Shown: positions 54,901 through 64,000 of the stretch, in pieces | Numbering within the stretch: position 1 is the first letter of the stretch | Layout: each line of letters starts with the position of its first letter | Assembly: GCA_964016885.1 (NCBI GenBank) | Contig: OZ024745.1 | Location: 50,158,001 to 50,222,000, forward strand | DNA from: Eledone cirrhosa | Taxonomy: Eukaryota | Direction: 5' to 3' | DNA length: 64,000 bases | Position numbers and translations under genes: made by a program | Notes under the pieces: generated by a model | Database searches by the model: none | Told to the model about the DNA's origin: nothing | What the model saw: only the letters and a program-made list of their open reading frames with translations

Positions 54901-56405
54901 TTTCTTTATTAACCATAAGGGTTTACATAAAGTAGACATTAAGGACAGTACAGGACAATACAGGACGGTACAAATGGGCATTTCTGCGTGTAAAAAAACA
55001 AAAACAGAGGATGTAACAAAAAAAATAACAATGAAAAATTCCCCGATAGGGGGGAGAATTCCGAGGGACATTGTGGAGAAAGCCCATTAAAAGGCCACAG
55101 TGACCCTGACCACCAGGGAAAGTGCCCTCTCCCAGTTTTCCACCTTTAATTTACAGACACATACTCAGAGTATGTGTCTGTAAATTTTCATATTCACTCG
55201 GGCCATTCTTGCTTCTCTCACCCATCTTTCAACAAAATGCTGGGAAGAGAGCACTTCCCTCTCTACCCTGATTTTCCTTTTAAAATGAAATTTGAAAAAG
55301 TTAATCAGGGCTTCACCGAAGAGGTAAGTGCTCGTCTTCAGCCCTTTCAAACGTGTCCACCATACTATCTCTTTCGCCATGGCCACCAGACAGATAAAAA
55401 CTGCCTGCCCTTCCCGGCTAAAGGAAGAGGGCGGGGAAATCCTCACGATGGACTCAGCTGATAGGAGGATCCGTCCTACACGCGACAGCAGGTGTTCGAC
55501 ATAAACCCACAAGTCAGCAATGCTCGGACATTGGCCAAGTGCGTGCAGGACGGTTTCGTCGCCCTGCGCGCATCTCGGATATGCCCGGCTGACGGCACCT
55601 CCATGCCTATAGAGTTTATCCCGAACTGGCAAAGCTCCTCGGTAGCACTGCCAGGCCAGGGATTTCTGGAGGTTGTCCATAGGCCCCGGCCCGAAATTCT
55701 TCCGAAGAGATTGGCTAGTTGATTTTCGTCGACGCCTAGAGTTTCCCCAAGTACGTCGTCGCTCTTCCTCTCCACTAGTCCTCTATAGAACGCCGAGGTG
55801 GAGTTTCCACCGATCACATTGCCCGATTGGCCGAGGGCTGTGAGCGCCTGAAGACATTCCAGTCTCCAAGCGTTCCCTCTCGGTCTTCGCTTGATCCAGG
55901 ACTGCAGCTCCGTCAAGGAGACGAGCTGGGGAAAGACGCGTCTAGCAAACGGCGACCACACCTGATCACCGTCGAGAAAGAGGTGGAGATGTCGTAGCCT
56001 GAGCGCGTGTCTGCACATCATCAGCCACGGCATGCCCAGCCCTCCACGTAGCGGGTGTTGACAGCAGATGGACCGCCTGACCATGGGAGCGCGTCCCTTC
56101 CACAAAAAGCGAAAGAGCAAACGCTCCAGCGCAGTCAGGCGGGGCTTAGGACAAGGTACGACGGTCAGGCGGTAGTAGATGACGGACGCGATGTACGCGT
56201 TAGCCACCTCCGCTCGACCTTTCAGGGATAGCTTCCTCTCCGCCCATTTCTGGGTGAGAGAAGCCACCCTGCTCGTCACCTCGTCCCAGTTTTTGTCCGT
56301 CTGGAGGTCCGGACCGAACCAGACCCCTAGCAATTTAACCGGTCCGTCCGTCCAGCGCCCGACGACGCTGTTGGACGGCATGGACCTGCTTCTCCACATC
56401 CTGTC
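54901..56405 (-). mobile_element. 5'-truncated Tx1/L1-like LINE with intact 3' UTR
   Basis: Homologous to 1565-2220 and continuing into a zinc-knuckle-like region (PRC....ET..HA...C). The 3' UTR ends in AATAAAGAAA on the minus strand. Confidence 0.9.
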
Positions 56406-56503
56406 CATCATAATGACGACAACAGTAACAACAGCTACAACAACAACAGTAGGCACAACTGACATCAACAGCAGACAATTATCACAAAAAAACTGTAACA
56501 ATA

Positions 56504-58180
<1,677 letters not shown>

Positions 58181-58559
58181 ATGCTGTGTGAAGCCGTTGA
58201 AGCTGAATGTGGGCCAAGATTAGTAAAAGTGCGTTTGTTAAGTTGCACTTATGTGCGTCTGTGGTTGTGAACTGGTTAAACAAGTAGTTCAAAGTTTACT
58301 AGCTCAACAACAGATGTTGGAAAGAGATGTTTGCAGAAAAAGTAATTTCAACGTTTTGGGTTCGAATCTGTCTTTGCGTCGGATTGTTTTTTTTTTTATT
58401 TATTTTTGTTTTTTTTATGTTAAACGTTCAAATATATATATTTGAACGTTTGGTAAAAGAAAAAAAAAAGTGTGAGGTGTGGAGGCTGATAGAAGTGGTA
58501 AGAAACTCCCAGAAAAGCTGGAGAGCATACGGTCTTCAGAGTTAAACCCCATCCCCAGT

Positions 58560-59230
58560 AAGTGATTCGGTCCTTAACTTCTAACACGTTAATGGCCGTA
58601 TCCTGGTCATGACTCCTTGGTGCCCTTCTACTGACATGTAGTCATTTGGATTTCGGAGACTTGTATATTTAAACCTTATGGAGATTTTGTTGATAGGATT
58701 TAGCTGGAGGAACTTCGCCGTCATCCTCAACAAGTCTATATGCTTGATCTCCAGGCACTCTCATATGGCTTTCGAGAAAATTGGAGAGCAGAGGATACAG
58801 ACGGCGTCATTGAGGATTAGTCAATTCCCGGGCAAGACGGAGTGGATGCTGAGTACGGCAACGTGAAATTCGGCATCACCGTAGCTTACATTTATCACGC
58901 CACACTTGGAAGGGCTGCTCCCAAGTCAGAGGAGTTTTAGAGCTGGGATGATTAGCTGAAGGTTCTCAACTACCACCAACTCAGCCGAGCCACCAAGGGT
59001 CGCATCGTCCAGGTACCAGACGTTGAAGGGCGACAAGGTAGAGCGGGCAATAACCTCTTTGGCCAGCGCAAAGAGAAGCGAGCCGAGTGGGTCTCCTTGC
59101 GGATGAGATCTTGTTGTCAACAGCCAAGAGTATGTTGGGTGGTCCGTGCGAAAGTTGAGCTAGAGGAAATGTCGAGGGGACTCGTTTAAGATACGTCTCG
59201 CCTAAGGCTGTTGAAAACATATCTCATGTC
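58560..59230 (-). mobile_element. Degenerate non-LTR RT fragment, CRE-like
   Basis: QGDPLGSLLFALA...FNVWYLDDATLGG, followed by NVSYGD...W.QATLP.R..G.G-like residues. Confidence 0.65.
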
Positions 59231-59877
59231 CAGCTCCACAAGGAGCTGGTGTAACGAAGGAGGTATGTGCTCTATGAAGTGTGTGGCTCTCGTGGAATTA
59301 ATTACAGTGTTTCTATCTAGACATACAACAATCTATTGTGGACGCTGTCTAACAAAACGATGTGTGTATGTGTGCTTGTGTTTGTATGTATGTGTCTGTA
59401 TGTGTGTGTGTACGTATGTATGGATGTATATGTGTGAGTGTGTATTTGTGTATGTATGTACGTGTGTGTGTGTGTGTGTGTCTGTTTCTGAAATGCTCAG
59501 CTACGTACACACTAATTCCATTTTAAACAGGCTGCTCTGTTGATCGAACAAATGGAACACTTATCCTCGAAACCGACGGAGATCCATTTCTTCGGCATGT
59601 TAATGTCGGTTGTGTTTGTGTCAGCACATGAAGTGGCGGCCAGTAACATTACTTGATCTCTCCACTATAAACTCAAGGGTTTCAATTGACATTTTGTTCA
59701 ATGCCGACCACAAACGACAGGATTCAAACACTATTAACATGATGACCCTTATTAACTCGGTGGCACTTCACTTAAGTACATATCCACCAAACATCATTCA
59801 AATGGCTTTAACATTAATGAAACTATTGAACGTAGCATGGCCGAATGGTTAAGAAATAGGAGACCATCGTAGACGTA

Positions 59878-60215
59878 AGCACGGCTGTGTGGTTAAGCAG
59901 TTCGCTTGGTAACCAAGAGATCTAGAGTTAGATCCCTACTACATGACATCACGGGCAAGTTTCATCTACCATAGCCTCGGGTTGACCCAATCGCTGTGAG
60001 TGAAATTGGGTAAATGGAAACTAGCTGGAAGACCGTCGGATGATATATACCTGTAATTCAAAGTGCCATCCTTGTCACAGTTTCACTCTGAATCTCCCTG
60101 AGGATTTCGTTAAGAGTACACGTGTCAATGGAGTGTTCTGTTAAACGTTAATTTTACTAGCGTGCTGTTTCGGTGATTGAAAAACTACGACACTCACCGT
60201 CGCATTCGACGGAAG
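59878..60215 (+). mobile_element. Second tRNA-derived SINE family (degenerate)
   Basis: A-box-like GGCTGTGTGGTTAAG, degenerate B box, then GGGCAAGT...CATAGCCTCGGG..GACC...TGTGAGTGAAATTGG...GGAAAC. Confidence 0.6.
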
Positions 60216-60394
60216 TCCAAAAGAAAGAAAGAAGGAAGGAGATTTGTTAGAGGGGAGCTATCTGTTTTGACTCTTAACATTCTAATCTCAAATTCTGTCA
60301 AGATCAACTTTCCGAGTCGATGTATTCAACTTATCACTGCCTAATAAAGTCACTGGCCTTATACCTAAATTATGGAATTGTGTTAAATAACTGT

Positions 60395-60640
60395 TGGAGT
60401 GCGTAGGCAGGTCCTGGCTACCCTACAGATTTGTATTGAAAATCGACCTGTTGACTTCCATGAACAGGAAGAAGACAATGTTTCTTTGTCTTATGACTAT
60501 GACGAAAATTGTGAGGTGGGCAAGTCTGAGAGGATATTTCCTCTCCGGCCAAGCGCTCGTCAACTTTTTAAGTACCACTTGAAAGAGGAAGGTGAAGACT
60601 AAGTGCTGTCATATAGTAAATTTTCCCACAGGTGGGAATT
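60395..60640 (+). mobile_element. Old Tx1/L1-like C-terminal fragment
   Basis: MFLCL.TMTKIV.W..LRG.FLSGQALVNF resembles the C-termini encoded at 55165-55400 and 63173-63420. Confidence 0.65.
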
Positions 60641-61303
60641 TTCCGACGATGGTGGAAGAGATGATGCCTGAGTACTTAGTGCCCTAGTCTAATTCAAAAA
60701 TGTGTACCCACTTCTTTCAGTTATGCACCCTATTCTCATGAATAAAATAATTTTAACTTACAGTTTGACATACCTAATTTTTTACACTTCTTCCTTTGAT
60801 CACACTAAGAAAATTATTTAGCCTGCATTTTCTACTACACAGTTCACACTTATCTGCACCAAATCATCTCACGGGTCAATATACGACCCTCTCCATTGCT
60901 TAGGATATTTGCACAACGTTGCTATGCGGCAAAGATGTTCATTGATTTCTTTATTGATCGCAGGAAATTATATATATTATGCAATTATGATTTCTAATTT
61001 AGGCACTCGGACAGCAATGTTAGAGGTGGGGAGTCGATATAACTGGTACTCTATTGTATTGATCCTGGAAGGGTGAAAGGCAGAGCTGGCCTCGGTGGGA
61101 TTTGGATTAATTATACAAATTTGTATAAAATTGTTATCCTTTAAGGTTCAGTAATGCACCTCTCTCAAGTCTGTGCACTAGACGGCTGCCTAGTTTGGCT
61201 TAATAGTAGCACTGGTCCTGAAGCAACTGCTACCACCACCACCACCGCCACATAACATATACATATACATATATACATATATACATATATATAGATATAT
61301 GTA

Positions 61304-61343
<40 letters not shown>

Positions 61344-61383
61344 TACACATATATATATACATATATACATATATCTATATATG

Positions 61384-61755
<372 letters not shown>

Positions 61756-62019
61756 GTAAGTGTTCATTATAACAATAAGTGTACGTTTCATCATGATATG
61801 TGTTTGTCCTATATAAGAATAGATTAGCTGGATCAATGAATTCCAGACAAAATGTTTTGCACTATTTAGTTACATCTAGTTTTTACGTTTTGATTTCGAA
61901 TCCCACCAACTTCAACTCTGTTTTTTTTTTTCAACCTTTCAGCAGTTTTAGAGGAGATAACATTCACTAGAATTTTACATGGCGACTATTATTTCGACAG
62001 ATTGATTCGATGCGATTTT

Positions 62020-62140
62020 TAATGTTGATTTTGGAAGAGTCAATGATTTCACAACCACACTTTTCTCTTGCTTTCGCACTCTTTGTATAACCTTCAGCTT
62101 GGTATCTAATGTTATTGGTTTGTATTTACGTAACATAGTT
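62020..62140 (-). mobile_element. Possible pogo/Tigger transposase N-terminal HTH fragment
   Basis: RKYKPITLDTKLKVIQR...SLTLPKST resembles the CENP-B/Tigger N-terminus. The fragment is very short. Confidence 0.45.
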
Positions 62141-62149
62141 GAACATTCG

Positions 62150-62530
62150 TTATGGAATGCAACAGAACAAGTATGGGTATCTCCTACATGGATCACACAA
62201 GCAACAAAAACATTTGCATGGTAATCAGGCAACATTACGGCTACTATGAAGACCTGCTAACCATTATAAAATCAATCAGCCATCATGTGGGGAACTGCGA
62301 AAATGTGCTAACCACTGTAAAGAAAACAAAAATGAGATGGTACGAACACGTGACAATAACTAATGAATTAGCCAAGACCATCCTCCATGGAATATTCCAA
62401 GGGAAAAGAAAGCAAGAATATCTGAAGAAAAAATATGCATATAACATCACGGAACGGATGGGTAATGACTTCGCGAAAGCCAAGTCCTAGCTCGCAACAG
62501 AGATGGTTGAAGGGGGTTGGTATACTATTC
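62150..62530 (+). mobile_element. RTE-clade LINE 3' fragment (different family)
   Basis: GISYMDH.SN...LLT...VKK.KMRWY.HVT....LAKTILHG...GKR matches an RTE C-terminal pattern. Confidence 0.75.
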
Positions 62531-62934
62531 CACACTGCAACAACCCACGCGACACTAAAAGTAAAAACCTCGCGACCACCTGAGGCCTGGTTCCCAACAA
62601 AGCTGGATGGAGGCTGGTGGTACAGTCTTACACCCTATAGCACCCCCTTATCCAGGAGGTAACGACTTCTTCGCGATTACCAACGTTCTGCCCCGCGGCA
62701 TAAATTGCATAAAGGGATGCCAATTCATCTTGCAACACCCCTACAACACTAAAAGTAAAGACTTTCTTCGCACAACCTAAGTACATATAGGGAGGGGGAG
62801 AGTTTGGTGTTAATTGATATAGAGAGGGGGTTTGGAAGAGAGTTCTGTGTAGTAGATATAGAGAGGGTGATAGTTTGGTATTAATTGATATAGAGAGGGG
62901 TATTGGAGGAGAGTTCCGTGTAGTAGATATATAT

Positions 62935-64000
62935 TTCTATTTATTTGCCACCAGGGCATCAAAGATTGGGACAAATACAAAGGGGGGAGTTTACATACAT
63001 TTAAAAAGACGTGTAAAAAACATATAACAAATTAAATTTAACAATCGATGTCCTCAATAGGGAGGAGCGTTGACATGGGTCGCACACACCCCCGAAAAAA
63101 TGTGCAACCCTCCTCTTCAGGAGCACAAAGAGCGGGTGCTTCCTTCCTCTCCCCATTCTTCTCCTCTCTCACCTACAGGCTGATATAGAGAGAAGGCCCA
63201 TTCACTCGGGCCATTCTCGCTACTTTCACCCATCTTTCATAAAACTTGCTGGGGTAGAGCACCTCTCTCTCCATTCTGATCCTTCTTCTAAAGTGGTACT
63301 TGAAAAAAAAGACCAGTTGTTGGCCGGAGAGAAAGGTGTCTGACCTCAACCCTTTCAACCTTGTCCACCATACAACTTCTTTCGCCATGGCTATCACACA
63401 GAGGAAAACCGCCTCTCCTTCGTTTTTGAAAGGGGGAGGCGGTTTGATTGTGACAATGTTCTCGGTGGTCAACCGGATTGGTCCCACCCGCGACAGTAGT
63501 CGTTCTACATAGCCCCACAGGTCAGCAACGCCCGGGCAGTGTACGAATGCGTGTGCGACGGTTTCCTCGTCACGCACGCATCTTGGACAGATCTTCTTCG
63601 AGGGGTCCCTACCCTGGCGCCCGTGTCTGTAGAGCTTGTCCCGAACGGGTAGAGCTCCTCGGTAACATTGCCAAGCCGGGGTCTTTTGGAAGTTGTCCAT
63701 CGGTCCCGGGCCAAACGTCCTACCGAACAGACTGGCCAGCTCGTCTTCCTCCATGCCCAGAGCCTGTCCGAGAGCGTCGTCGCACTTACTGCGCACCAAC
63801 CCTCTATAGAATGTTGAGGTTGAGTCTCCACTGATTGCCGGATCCGCTTGCCAGAGGGCCGTGAGCGCCTGGGCACATTCAATGTGCCAGTCGCCCACTT
63901 TTCTCGGTCTTTGCTTGATCCAGGATTGCAGCTCGGTGAGTGAGACGAGTCTCGGAAAGGCTCGCCTCACAAACAGGGCCCACACCGGCTGACCGGTGAG
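62935..64000 (-). mobile_element. Tx1/L1-like LINE 3' end, related subfamily, ORF2 C-terminus open to window edge
   Basis: ORF 63173-63985 contains CPRC....ET..HA.VHC and is homologous to 55165-55960, but has a different 3' UTR ending in AATAAATAGAAA before (TA)n. Confidence 0.9.

Overview
Eukaryotic, repeat-dominated genomic window. It is probably from an octopod cephalopod, inferred from recognising the abundant SINE family rather than from a database search. Only one convincing host coding exon is present: a large terminal exon of a galactose-3-O-sulfotransferase (Gal3ST)-family Golgi enzyme at 10883-12029. The rest is decayed transposable elements, microsatellites and a ~24 kb satellite block. 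The elements are Tx1/L1-like LINEs, RTE-like LINEs, a two-LTR Ty3/Gypsy element with a tRNA-Trp primer site, a Naiad-type Penelope-like element (PLE), mariner, pogo and CRE-like fragments, and SINEs. The satellite block has nested tandem units and a large inverted duplication. The most notable signal not shown by the ORF track is a cluster of type I hammerhead ribozyme motifs: 8 hand-folded copies from about 4-5 sequence families plus one degenerate pair. All have a palindromic stem III, several have very long stem II inserts or a CCGAAGA variant core, and most have AATAAA at or just after the cleavage site. Several sit in long, near-perfect palindromes next to (TA)n tracts. All folding and alignment was done by eye, so boundaries of degenerate elements are approximate.
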